From Octopus sinensis (lineage: Eukaryota): a DNA stretch of 64,000 nt. The stretch's first letter is position 1; every line of letters begins with the position of its first letter. This document shows positions 52,766-64,000 of the stretch, in pieces. The notes beneath the pieces are model-generated. The model saw only the letters and a list, made by a program, of their open reading frames with translations. It had not been told where the DNA came from and searched no databases. Location: NCBI RefSeq assembly GCF_006345805.1, contig NC_043006.1, positions 19,592,001 through 19,656,000 on the forward strand, read 5' to 3'. Position numbers and translations under genes: made by a program.

Positions 52766-53024
52766 ATAATTTCATTCGTTTTTTTTTTTTTGTTCTTGCT
52801 TGCTCAATTTCTTTTCCCCCGATTATATGTTTTGTATTGTCTTTGTAATGCATAACTTCTATATTTAGCCCCTTTGTGGGCAAAAAAATATCGAGGACGT
52901 TGGTGTTGCCTTGGCGGAGGTTTGCGCTCTCTGAGTGCTCTTGTTTACATAATTGTTTATTCTTTGTTTTTGTTTGTGTTGTCTCCTCACGTTATCCTTT
53001 CAACAACTGATATAATGGCCTCTT

Positions 53025-53258
53025 AAGGGCGGTGAGCTGGCAAGATCGTTAGCACGCTGGACGAAATGTTTAGCGGTATTTCGTCTGCCGTTACGTTCTG
53101 AGTTCGAATTCCGCCGAGGTCGACTTTGCCTTTCATCCTTTCGGGGTCGATTAAATAAGTACCAGTTACGCACTGGGGTCGATATAATCGACTTAATCTG
53201 TTTGTCTGTCCTTGTTTGTCCCCTCTATGTTTAGCCCCTTGTGGGCAGTAAAGAAATA
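53025..53258 (+). mobile_element. SINE family A, 15-bp TSD
   Basis: GATATAATGGCCTCT at 53009-53023 and 53259-53273. Confidence 0.92.
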
Positions 53259-54043
53259 GATATAATGGCCTCTGTTCTGCAGGACAAGCTATGTACTCAT
53301 TTCTTCTCCTTTAGCCATCCATATTGTTTCCATTACCATCCATTCTACCAACACTTCTATAACAATTAATACAATCTTTCCTCCCCAGAACATAAAGCAT
53401 TTGAAATTCATACCCACCCATATTTTTTTTTTCATGCAGTCATCGATCGATATCAATAGCAACGATCTAACCATTTGCGATGATGCTGATGAGGTCAAAT
53501 GTTCATAACAAAGGTCGCAAACAGAGCCCTTTCATCCTGACTAAACTGTTAAAAATAAATTAATTATAAGTTCATGACAGATTTTAGTATTAATGATACT
53601 TGACATCGTAAGCTACTAAATCGACACAAATGAATAACAGGTCAACTGATGAGATTCGAACCCAGTATTTTTCTTCTTTTTTTTTTTTTGCTAGTCAGGT
53701 GACAGATATACGGGGATACAGAGGAAATTAATAAGTGTGAACTTAAATGAAATCGAACCTATGACCCATTTGTTAACGCCTCTATGTATTTATCTGTGCA
53801 CCACAAAATCCCTAGCAGATGTAGTATGGCCGAATGGTTAAGTTCGCCTTGCATCCATGAGATCTTGGGTTCGATCTCACTGCGTAGCATATTGGGTTAC
53901 TGTCATTTTTCGATAACTTCGAGTTGACCCATACCTTGTGAGTAAAACTAGATTGACAAAAGTTGTATAGAAGCGTAACAAGTAGATTTTTTTATTTGTC
54001 ACACGTACTGTATCCCCTTGACCCTTCCTGAAAACTATCTTAA

Positions 54044-54860
54044 CCCTTTGAGCCCTGACCTCCTGAACCTTATTTGACCATATACCTGGCTTCCTGAGCA
54101 AAATAAGCTGAAAACTGGGTTAGTATCAATTATAGCTCTCAAGACAAAAATTTCAATGCCAATAACAGTCTGACAACACAAATATACAACAGAGATGCCT
54201 ACCTGACCCCTAGTGCCAATATTCCACCTTGGTATGCCAATCGGTCCAGCATGTTGACACCCTTTTGACGTAGAGATGAACCTTGCATTCTTGGCAACAG
54301 GTGGCCTATTTGACTACTTTGACTAGATAATCCCTGTAAGGAACACTGGGGTTTCACATACAACACACAGTGTTTATAGACCCATCCTCTGGAATGTGTG
54401 GATGATGGCGGCCTACGTTTTGGAGTCGAACAGGGACTTCTCGATCGCGAGCTCTGCGAACAGCTTTCGTGCGAAACTCACCGACAACTCCCACACTTTA
54501 CTGATCCAGTGTGGAATGTGTACTTCTTGGCCTTCTCAGGATAAAGGGACTGGCATATAACATATGCATTGTAGATAGCTCACATGAGAAATTTCACGAA
54601 AAGCCTTCTTGGCCAACGATAATGGCGTCTTGTCTTGTAAAGTTTCGTCATTTGATCGTCGGATAAAAATAAATCGTCGTACTTTAGTGCAGATGCTTCC
54701 CACCGGTTGAGCGGTGCTATGGTATAGGGAAAAATAAACCATCCACCAGTAAACCGGTTTCCATCTAGCTTATTCGCTCGCAAGATAGATTATAGTAGAA
54801 GGCACTTGCTGATGGTGTCACACACTGAAACCCGAAACCACGCCGTTGCAAAGCCTGCAC
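54044..54860 (-). mobile_element. Decayed piggyBac transposon 3' part
   Basis: Terminus TTAA|CCCTT at 54040-54048. DQMTKLYKTRRHYRWPRRLF..AIYNAYVI matches the piggyBac D.LDQ..Y..R..RWP..F motif, and CQECKVHL..CWTDWH is the C-terminal Cys-rich domain. Confidence 0.75.
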
Positions 54861-55520
54861 CTTACCCATATTTTGTTATCCTATCCCTTCCAGTATGAGT
54901 CTCTTATATGAACGAGTATTCTATACAAAAATATAACTGAAAACATTAAAAATTCAACGCGGGAGTCCCAGCATGACCGCAGTCTAATGACTGCAACAAA
55001 TAAAAGAGAAAAATCAAAATTATATTACAGTCGTAGATACAAGTTTGGAACACAGGTCTGAAAATAGGAAATTTTGTATTCTTTTCTACTCTAGGAACAA
55101 GGCTCGAACTTTTGGGGGAGGGGCAGTCGTTTAGATCGACCCAGTACGCAACTGGCACTTACTTTATCGACCTCAAAAGGATGAAAGATAAAGTCGACCT
55201 CGGCAGAATTTGAACTCAGAACATAAAGACAGATGAAATACCTATTTCGTTACTACCCACAAGGGGCTAAACACAGAGGGGACAAACAAGGACAGATAAG
55301 CGGATTAAGTCGATTATTTAATCGACCCCGAAAGGATGAAAGGCAACGTCGACCTCGGCGGAATATGAACTCAGATGAAATACCTATTTCTATTTCGCCT
55401 GGCGTGCTAACGATTCTGTCAGCTTGCTGCCTTGGAATTTTTATATTAAATACCCAGTTATATTTAATTTGCAATATACTACTACATGTCCAGTAGTTTG
55501 GAAAATAGGTGATAAAGCTT

Positions 55521-55740
55521 ATCTCTCTATATATAAGCGGCAGTTTGTCTGTCTGTGTGTCTGTCAGGTTGTACCCTCACCCTGACCACGGCTTTCAACC
55601 GATTCTGATGAAACTTGACACACACATAGTCCAATGTCATAATTCAAAACTAACGCAGCGAAAATTTTGAAAAGTTCTCCAAGTTTTGAAAAAAATCGAT
55701 AAATTCGACATGGGGTCAAGAATCTAAGCTTTTTATATGC
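55521..55740 (+). mobile_element. Helitron/HINE-like 5' fragment
   Basis: TCTCTCTATATATAA, then GTCT repeats and CAACCGATTCTGATGAAACTTG. Confidence 0.5.
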
Positions 55741-55859
55741 AACACATTTTCTGTTGTAGTTTTCGCAACTTGCAATCGATTTTCACCAAACTCATGGTGA
55801 AGCTTAATGTTACCCTAAGAAACTTAATTCTGACGTTAGTTTTCCATGCAATACCTTAC

Positions 55860-55957
55860 CATCAGAAAAAATCGATATAATCATGCCATTTTGGGAAATC
55901 GCGTTCAAATTCAAGATGACATTTTTTCGACAATATCTTTCACAAATTGACAGGAAT
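55860..55957 (-). CDS. Candidate exon (98 nt, phase 2 to 1): FLSICERYCRKNVILNLNAISQNGMIISIFSD
   Basis: Acceptor AATGTAATTTTAG and donor G|GTAAGG. Only one frame is open, and it is phase-compatible with the 56214 donor. Confidence 0.5.
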
Positions 55958-56213
55958 CTAAAATTACATTTTAAAATAACAGTTTTACTGAATATTAAGA
56001 GGAAACAAAGTCTAAACACTTGTTTAGATATGCAAAAAGTAGAACCACATTAATTCACCCTGGCTGTCAAACTTTTCCATGACATTTTAATGATATGCTA
56101 TAATATCTCAACAGTGTGAGAATACATGCGTAACGTAATCAATAAAGTCGCTAGACTGATTAACTTTACAATGTTGATATTTAAGCGCTACTTATCCATT
56201 ACACAGTTTTCAC

Positions 56214-56398
56214 CTGTAACTATTCTGGTTCTCTGGAGAACAAAATGGTATAGATGTCGTCGCACAACTATCACAAACATATTTCACCTTTCTGTTATGT
56301 CCGTTCTAATGTATTCAATAACGGGGAGTGTTGAATTCTTTCTGTTTTCACGTCACCTCTCTTCTCATGGCCGCAAAGTCTGTTTAAAGAGCTACAAA
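56214..56398 (-). CDS. Candidate exon(s): CSSLNRLCGHEKRGD...NGHNRKVKYVCDSCATTSIPFCSPENQNSY (needs a 1-nt frameshift or a 46-nt intron at 56351-56306)
   Basis: Acceptor GCATCTTTCAG and donor AG|GTGAAA. Entry phase 1 and exit phase 2 fit the neighbouring exons, but 185 nt is one base too long for a single exon. Confidence 0.4.
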
Positions 56399-56567
56399 CT
56401 GAAAGATGCCATATACATCAAAACTATAGCTAAGTTAATGCTAACTTATCTAATGTAGAGAATATAAAAGATACCAAGCTACTTTTCTACTCTAGGACAA
56501 GGCCCGAAATTTTTGGGGGAGGGGACCAGTCGATTAGATCGACCCAAGTACGCAGCTGGGATCTTTC

Positions 56568-56790
56568 CGGTTTGAACGGCAGTTTTTTCTAGCGGTGTCA
56601 TATGAAATTGTCACCTATAAGTATGACCCTACTATCGATCTATTGCATTTCAATCCGTTTTAGGGTTAGGGTTAGTTAGGGTTAGGAGTGGGGGGAAGGG
56701 TATCTTTTTTTCTTCACAAATGTAAATAAACCCAATTTGTTTCTTAAACTCGGGACATATTCATACGGCACAGAATGTTTTCACCTCAAT
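56568..56790. repeat. Short dispersed-repeat-like segment with internal TTAGGG units
   Basis: TTAGGGTTAGGGTTAGTTAGGGTTAGG at about 56660-56687. Its status as a dispersed repeat is from recall only. Confidence 0.4.
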
Positions 56791-59700
56791 AGAGGTGTTT
56801 TCATCTCAAGGACCACCATGCCTTACGAGCTTGTTCCAGACAAGTAAGGCTCCTCAATAACATTACCATGCCAAAGACTTCTGGAAGTTATCCAGCGTCT
56901 TCGGCCCGAATGTACGTTGGAACAGACTGGCCAGCTGATTATCATCGAGACCTAAGGCTTCCCAGAAGGCATTGTCACATTTCGCCTCTACCAAACCCTC
57001 TATAGAAGAATGTGGTAGAACCACTATCGCAGGCGTTACTCCAGAGATGGAATATCCGGAGAGCCTTACGACACTCCGTAAACCATGTATCCAACTTCGA
57101 TTTACGATAGAACCACGTATCCAGTCCACCGAAACAAGTGAACTTGGGAAGCATCTGTTTCGCCATCAGAGACCACACATCGATCACCATCCAAATGGAG
57201 CTACAGATGCCTCAACCTCAGTGCGTGCTGCGCATCATCAGCCAAGGCATCCCTAGCCCACCCTTTAACGGTTGTTGGCAGCAAATAAAGCGTCTCACAA
57301 GCGGATTCGAGCCCTTCCACAAGTGGAAGAGCTGTCTTTCCAGCTTGCTCAACCACGAATCAGGGCAGGGAACGACTGTTAGGCGGTAGGTGATGACCGA
57401 TGCGATGAACACATTGGCCACCTCCGCCCTCCCTTTCGCTAAGCATTTCGACCGGCGTGCTAACGTTATTGCCAGCTCGCCGCCATAAGATACACCAAAT
57501 ATTGATCACGCCATCCTTCATCTCCTACAATATTTCATATATCAGTCTTAGTGAATTCTTTACCTTTCTTAAATTGGTTCACATAAGGCCAGTCACTGCC
57601 TTTTCTTCTTTTTTTTTTCTTGATCATTTAGAAATAGAGATTCAAAAACATTCGTTGACTAATTCCAACGTCCCACGACGCAGTCAGGAGGCATCGACTT
57701 GCCTCTCCAAGTGACGAGTTGCAAGCCGACTAACTTTTCACGATTAACCTTTGCTCCTGCCACCGTCTCGTATTCCTCAATGGCCTTGACTACCCTCTGT
57801 AGGTGATCCATTTTGGTTACGATGATGGTGATGTCGTCCGCGTACACTGAAACCGACTCTCTACAACCTGGCTGTCGCTCAATTTTCGCAGCAATGGCTC
57901 AAGAGCCACTACATACAAAAGCGGGGAGAGTGGACACCCTTGATGAACCGAGCGTTTGATGCTGAACGGCTTAGATAAAAAGCCATTCACTCGAATTACC
58001 GAGTCGATGTTGTGATAAATTTCAATGATCCACCTGAGGAAGACAAGACCCAGGCCGAACTGCGCCAGAACGGACACCAAGTAATGATGGTCGACCTCTA
58101 TCAAAAGCCTTTGATTGGTCTAAATGGCCACTGCCCCGCCCATACCAGTATCGTTATTAAACCCCTCTACAGTGTACCGTATAAGATGGAGATTATCCTG
58201 GATGGATCTACCGGGAACGGCATATGTCTGAGCCTTCCCGATTAAACCATCCGCGACACGCGCCAATCTTTTCGATAACACTTTGGCCAAAATCTTCCAC
58301 TCTGTGTTTAGCAGTGATGGGCCGAAAATTATCAATACAATCCTCCTTGTTCGGGTCCTTTCTGACAAGCGTCACTACTCCCCGGTGCAAAGATCTGAGA
58401 ATGAACCCATTCTGCTGCCAGTTCGTGTAGACATTCGCCAGCAGGTACCCGAACAAGTCTAGCATACTTTTATATAGTTCATGGGGTAGACCATCCAGTC
58501 CCGGTGCCTTACGCGCGCCGCAGTCCGCCATAGCCTAGATTACCTCCTCAGGCGTGATCGGCCCTTCAAAACATTCTGCGTCCTGCCCCGATAAGCGCGG
58601 CAGCCCGGTGAGGAAGTCCGTTAGGTCCCTCCTACTGTACGGTCCGTTGACCCCACCGAAAAGCCGGGCGAAGTGCTCCTGAAAGACCTCGCACATCTCC
58701 TCGGGCTCGTTTATCAATTTACCTCGTTGGTTCGTCAAAGATCGAATTGTGCCATCGTTTCCACGTTGAGCTTCCACCACTCGGGCCCATCCTGCGGCCT
58801 TGATTCCTTCACAACCCAAGGCACGAATCCTAGCTCTGATAATGCAACCCATATTTTGGGCTTCGAGGTGCTAGTTTAACGCCGGTCTCTTGGCCGTCAC
58901 CTGAGCTGCAGAGCCAGATTCCATTGCTTCCTCTAAGTCCTTAGCTAATGCTAACCCCTTCCTAGTCTCTCTAGCCACTAAACCTGTACTATATCTAATA
59001 GTCTCAATTTTAATGGCTCGCTTAAGGGCATACCACCTTTTGTTATTAATAACAGATCCGGTTAATGCCCTCTGAATCAATAACTTAATCCGGTCTCTGT
59101 ACTCCTTAATCGCCAAAAGGGACGTATTAAGTTTCCAGTAGCCGGATCCTCTATTATATAACTTATCTATGTCGAGCGTACAGGTGACCATTTTATGATC
59201 ACTGTAGCTGACCGGGAAAAACTATGGACACCTAACAATATCCTTATCTGCTTTTCTAATTAACACCCTATCTAGGTATGACCTGGAATATCCGTCGCTG
59301 TTTGACCATATCCACAATGGAGCGTTCGAAAATTCCAGCCTATAAGGATCTGCTAGCTCAAAGCGGCTTAGCTGTTCCAGGAAGTAAGCATTACCTCTTC
59401 TATCAGAACATGAGCCAACATAATCTACGCGTGCGTCACAGATTGTGCTATAGTCTCCTAGCACAACTAGAGAATGTGATGTACCGAGAAACTTCTCCAG
59501 GTTCCGAAAATACTCACTTTGCCCGTTTTTAGTGGGTGCACAAATTGCGACCAGTCTGATAATCTTAACACGACTGAGCGTCAAATCCATGACGACCAGC
59601 CTACCTTCTGGATCTGAAAAATTAACTTTTTCTCAGAAACCTGGTTTCTTTTTAACAGGACCAACACCCCACTGCTGCTAGCAGGACAGCCCAGAGAGAA

Positions 59701-61550
59701 ATAGCAGGAGGAGATCTCTTGGCCCCCTTAACCGGGTGTCCGTAGCAACAATGACATCCAAATTGCGCGACCTGATGTCATTAAGAAAACGACCTTGCTT
59801 CCAGCTTGACCCCAGACCATGCACATTCAAACAACCAACACAAATACAAGCTATCTGTTAACCTTGGCATCAGTGGCTTTCGGCCTTGTTCTTTTCCTTT
59901 TTCCGGGCTCGTGGGGTGGTTTGACATGGGTCTTCGTACATGGACTTACTGAAGTCCAACCGCGGAGGGCCTATGTCCTTGGGGAAATATGATTTTAATA
60001 TTGGGATATTTATATCGTCTATTTGTGTTATCAAAATTCCTTCCGGAAGTTTTGTGTAATGTTCTTTCAAGATTTCTGCCGTAAGAATATTTTTAACTCG
60101 AGTTGGCAATTGTTCGTTCATGGCATTTATTACCACTAATAATAACTTGTTTTGCCATATTTTATCCGGGACTGGAGGTGGGGGGGTGATTTTCCTGGGT
60201 TGTACAGGGGGGAGGTATATCGGGACTGGAGGATGAGGATTGAGGGGTGAAATATCAGGGCTTTGAGGTTATCAGGGTTGGAAGGAGGGGATATTGGTGT
60301 TTTTTTTTTTTTGGTGAATAGTAGTGTGGAGGGGTAGTTTTAATTTCGTGTGTGTCTGCTGAGAGAACTTTTTTCTTGTTTGAGCTGGATGTTGAGGGGG
60401 TGAGATTGGGGTTCTTCCTTTTGGTTAATTTTTTCCTTTTTACGGTAGACCATCCGTCTCCACTCCCAGCTGGTTGAGTATTTTCATTATTGGGAGCCTG
60501 CTGGTCGGTCTTCTGTATCTCCGCCTTCTTCTGCCTCCTTTTTTGGGCCGTCTCCACCTTACGGGTAGGACAGTTTGCCTGAATGTGGCCCTTCTCTCCA
60601 CATCCGAAGCACCGGGGTCTTCTCCCCTCCATCATTACCCGTAAGGTGGTTTCTTCTCCGAGATGTACTGCATGTTCTCCACGATTTTTTCCAGGGCCTG
60701 TGGCGCCGCTTGTATGATGACCTCGAGGCCTTGCCCCTTCCAGTTCTACTGGTGGATTTTTGAAGCCTCTAATATCGTTATTTCGTCTTCGAGCCCCATT
60801 AGTAAGGCTGGGAGAAGCCATGAGACGTTTACTTCTAGCGGGATTTCTTCTATTGTGATCTTTGACGTGCGCCTGCCTAAGTATGTTGGCAGCAACACAA
60901 TTGTGGTTCTCAAAGGTTGTACTGAGTATGTTTTTGCTTTCTCTTCACTTCTGAAATAAACTACTACAGTAGCAAAGCGTTTGCCTCTGGTCAGGTATTC
61001 TATGTCCGGCCAGATCGGCTGTAGGCATTTTTCTATAGCTTCTTTTGGTGCTTTGTCGAGTTTCTTTTCCTTTACAACAAGAGTTTTAAATACATTTTTT
61101 TCGCAGTTTCTTCTGAGTTCAGTCGGGAGGGTGGCTTTTACGTGGTATCCCTCCCTTGAAAATATGTTTTGGTGCTGCATTAGCACACTTCGGTCAACAC
61201 ATAATTGTTTCTTTATTTTACTCCAGCCGCAGCTGCAAAATTAATCTTTTTTTTGCCGGTTCTACAAGTTTGTCTGCCGTCGGCATACTTACCATTTCAC
61301 AGTTTTTTTCGCAGTTTTTTTTCCTCTGCAGAGGAAGTATTCATTTTGAACAAAATAAATGTGTGGAAAAACGCCACAAAAATGGATAACCCCACCCCCT
61401 CACAGAGGGGAATAAAAGTTCACTTCGTCTCCCAAACGCAGAATGATATTACTAACAACAGAAAGAAAAGAATTCAGCAACAACAATTTCAACAACAATT
61501 TCAACACTAACCTTCAAGCAAAAAATACAACACCACAGAATTAATCACAA
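56790..61550 (-). mobile_element. Near full-length Tx1/L1-clade LINE with 5' UTR, ORF1 and ORF2 (3' end missing)
   Basis: ORF1 60255-61186 with CFGCGEKGHIQANC. ORF2 fragments cover the APE domain (59222-59850), GYWKLN, KAPGLDGLP, HQGCPLSPLLY and YADD. Confidence 0.93.
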
Positions 61551-61554
61551 GTAA

Positions 61555-61990
61555 CAAAACCGCTAAAGCATTTCGCCCGTCGTGCTAACGTTTCTTATTT
61601 CTTTATTGCCCACAAGGGGCTAAACATAGAGGGGACAAACAAGGACAGACAAAGGGATTAGGTCGATTACATCGACTCCAGTGTGTAACTGGTTCTTAAT
61701 TTATCGACCTTGAAAGGATGAAAAGCAAAGTCGACCTCGGCAGAATTTGAACTCAGAACGTAACGGCAGACAAAAAACCTATTTCTTTACTAAACACAGA
61801 GAGGACAAACAAGGACAGACAACTGGATTAAGTCGATTATATCGACCCCAGTGCGTAACTGGTACGTATTTAATCGACCCCGAAAGGATGAAAGGCAAAG
61901 TCGAGCTCGGCGGAATTTGAACTCAGAACGTAGCGGCAGACGAAGTACTGCTAAGCATTTCGACCGGCGTGCTAACGTTTCTGCCAGCTC
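61555..61990 (-). mobile_element. SINE-A tandem array
   Basis: One full head at the right end; the following units are joined at AAAGAAATA|GGT. Confidence 0.88.
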
Positions 61991-62525
61991 GCCGCCATAA
62001 GATACACCAAATATTGATCACGCCATCCTTCATCTCCTACAATATTTCATATATCAGTCTTAGTGAATTCTTACCTTTCTTAAATTTTTTTTTTGATCAT
62101 TTAGAAATAGAGATTCAAAAACATTCGTTGACTGATTCTAAAACGACTGACCGGCATGCTATCAGTAGGTTTTTTTTTTTAAATATTCGCTTCATTTCGT
62201 AAAGTTTAACAATAAAATATTTTACTGCAATGTTATTATCATTCCAAATATGCTTGATGCAAGTTCGAACTGGGGAACAAGCTATTTACCACGGAAAATA
62301 TATCTCGCTTGTTGACAAAGGAAATATTTATTGACCTAACATTCCCTGGCAAATACAGTTTATAGGGTTTTGAAAACTGGTCATTAGAAGGTTTGTTCCT
62401 AAGCTACAACTCTAACGAATATAAATATGGCTGTTATTTATCCATCCATCCATCCGTCTATCCACCCATCCATCCGTTTACATACACATCCATAGGTACG
62501 TTCTTTTAATTCTTATAAGCCGGGG

Positions 62526-62900
62526 GTGGAGGCGCAATGGCCCAGTGGTTGGGGCAGCGGACTCGCAGTCATAGGATCGCGGTTTCGATTCCCAGACCGG
62601 GCGTTGTGAGTGTTTATTGAGCGAAAACACCTAAAAGCTCCGGCAGGGGATGGTGGTGATCCCTGCTGTACTCTTTCACCACAACTTTCTCTGACTCTTT
62701 CTTCCTGTTTCTGTTGTACCTGTATTTCAAAGGGCCGGCCTTGTCACTCTCTGTGTCACGCTGAATATCCCCGAGAACTACGTTAAGGGTACACATGTCT
62801 GTGGAGTGCTCAGCCTCTTACACGTTAATTTCACGAGCAGGCTGTTCCGTTGATTCGGATCAACCGGAACCCTCGTTGTCGTAACCGACGGAGTGCTTCC
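62526..62900 (+). mobile_element. SINE family C
   Basis: TSD ATAAGCCGGGG and a poly-A tail. Confidence 0.9.
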
Positions 62901-63215
62901 AAAAAAAAAATTAATAAGCCGGGGATAACACTAAGATTAAATTGTAGATACGTACTAAGGGACATAACTCAACAAGTTATTGTAAAGTAATTTCCCCTTC
63001 TAAACTTTATTGACCTTAGTGTTTCATATAATTTTGTAAATTCTTTTTGTGTACTGTGTTGGACTATGGCCATGCTGGAGCACCACCTTTAGGGAAGTTT
63101 TGTCAATTATCCTAGCCTTTTATTTCTCCCTAGCCTACATCGTTGTTTTATATTTTGCGGATTGACAATGCAACATATTTCACGCTAATCTTACTTTGTG
63201 TTGTGTTAAAAATTT

Positions 63216-63252
<37 letters not shown>

Positions 63253-63294
63253 GCATACGTACATGTCTATGTAATATATGTATATATTCCTTAC

Positions 63295-63420
63295 TGGTGA
63301 CGGAAGCAGCATTCGTGCCGAGAAGCAATCCGTATACGTTACTTAACGTGGATATACTAGCAGAAAGCCACAAAACTGTGGTATTCGTCAAGAGAAAGCT
63401 TCCTGTAATAACGTTTAGTG
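63295..63420 (-). CDS. Host exon (126 nt, phase 1 to 1): PLNVITGSFLLTNTTVLWLSASISTLSNVYGLLLGTNAASVT
   Basis: Acceptor CTTCTGTGCTTTTTAG and donor A|GTAAGG. It is in frame with the 63510-63561 exon across an 89-nt intron. Confidence 0.65.
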
Positions 63421-63509
63421 CTAAAAAGCACAGAAGTGTTAGTAATAGACAGAAAATGTCAACACAACCACGGTAAGACAGCCAGGTCACACGACTTCTG
63501 CGTACTCAC

Positions 63510-63561
63510 GCGTCATCGGTTGTTCGTTTATACAATCACTGCATACTTCGAGAAAAAGTCC
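63510..63561 (-). CDS. Host exon (52 nt, phase 0 to 1): GLFLEVCSDCINEQPMT
   Basis: Acceptor TTTTTCTACATCTCAATACAG and donor C|GTGAGT. The other two frames have stops. Confidence 0.6.
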
Positions 63562-63596
63562 CTGTATTGAGATGTAGAAAAACAGTGAGTAGTTTT

Positions 63597-63772
63597 GAGA
63601 AAGAAAGAAAGAAAGAAAGAAGTTAAGGAAGGAAGGAAGAATCGAAGAACGGAAGGAAGGAAGGAAGGAAGAAAGGAAGGAAAGAAGGAGGAATACGGAG
63701 AAAGAAGAAGAAAGAAAGGAAAAGAGGAAGGAAGAAAGGAAGGAAGGAAGGAAGGAAGAGAGAAAGAATGAA

Positions 63773-63816
<44 letters not shown>

Positions 63817-64000
63817 GAAAAAGAATGAAAGGAAAAAGAAAGAAAGGAAAAAGGAAGGAACGAACGAACGAATTAACGAACGAAGAACGGAAGGAAGGTA
63901 GAAAGAAAGAAAGAAAAAGGAAGGACGTATGGAAGAAAGAAAGAAAGAAAAAAAGAGGAAGGAAGGAAGGAAGGAAGAGAGAAAGAAAGAAAAAGGAGGG
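63597..64000. repeat. Polypurine (GAAA)n/(GGAA)n tract
   Basis: About 400 bp of almost only A and G on the plus strand. Confidence 0.95.

Noticed and set aside
53289-53545. Minus-strand ORF or exon candidate
   Set aside because: Frames are broken and it loosely resembles a decayed LINE RT segment (GSV..PLL..IDD).
8901-61550. Strand bias of Tx1 remnants (nearly all minus)
   Set aside because: There are few independent insertions, one may be an inversion product, and other LINEs are on the plus strand, so it is not supportable statistically.

Overview
AT-rich, microsatellite-dense animal genomic DNA. The SINE families and the mix of Tx1, R4/Dong, Penelope, Helitron and mariner elements suggest an octopus (coleoid cephalopod) genome; this is recalled similarity, not a database result. 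Almost all long ORFs in the track are either decayed transposon fragments or translated microsatellites. Identified: two PIF1-helicase Helitrons, a complete mariner, a Tc1-like element, piggyBac and hAT remnants, a Penelope element, a CR1-like RT, R4/Dong LINEs in (TAA)n, many Tx1/L1-clade LINE pieces (two near full length), and dozens of tRNA-derived SINEs of four families (my labels A-D). Host content is limited to small, phase-compatible minus-strand candidate exons (63561-63510, 63420-63295, 56398-56214, 55957-55860, weaker ones further left) and an intronless 165-aa orphan ORF behind a promoter-like region. Main leads: (1) SINE-A shares its 3' tail with the local Tx1 LINEs and appears to insert repeatedly into its own head at a GGTA site; (2) four locally templated, microhomology-bounded insertions occur in 64 kb, one creating a 550-bp-arm palindrome; (3) two hammerhead-ribozyme-like motifs sit in a short Penelope-type repeat; (4) one Tx1 copy has the architecture of a twin-priming 5' inversion; (5) there is a nest of elements in a (TAA)n tract. 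All alignments were made by eye, so boundaries may be off by a few bases.
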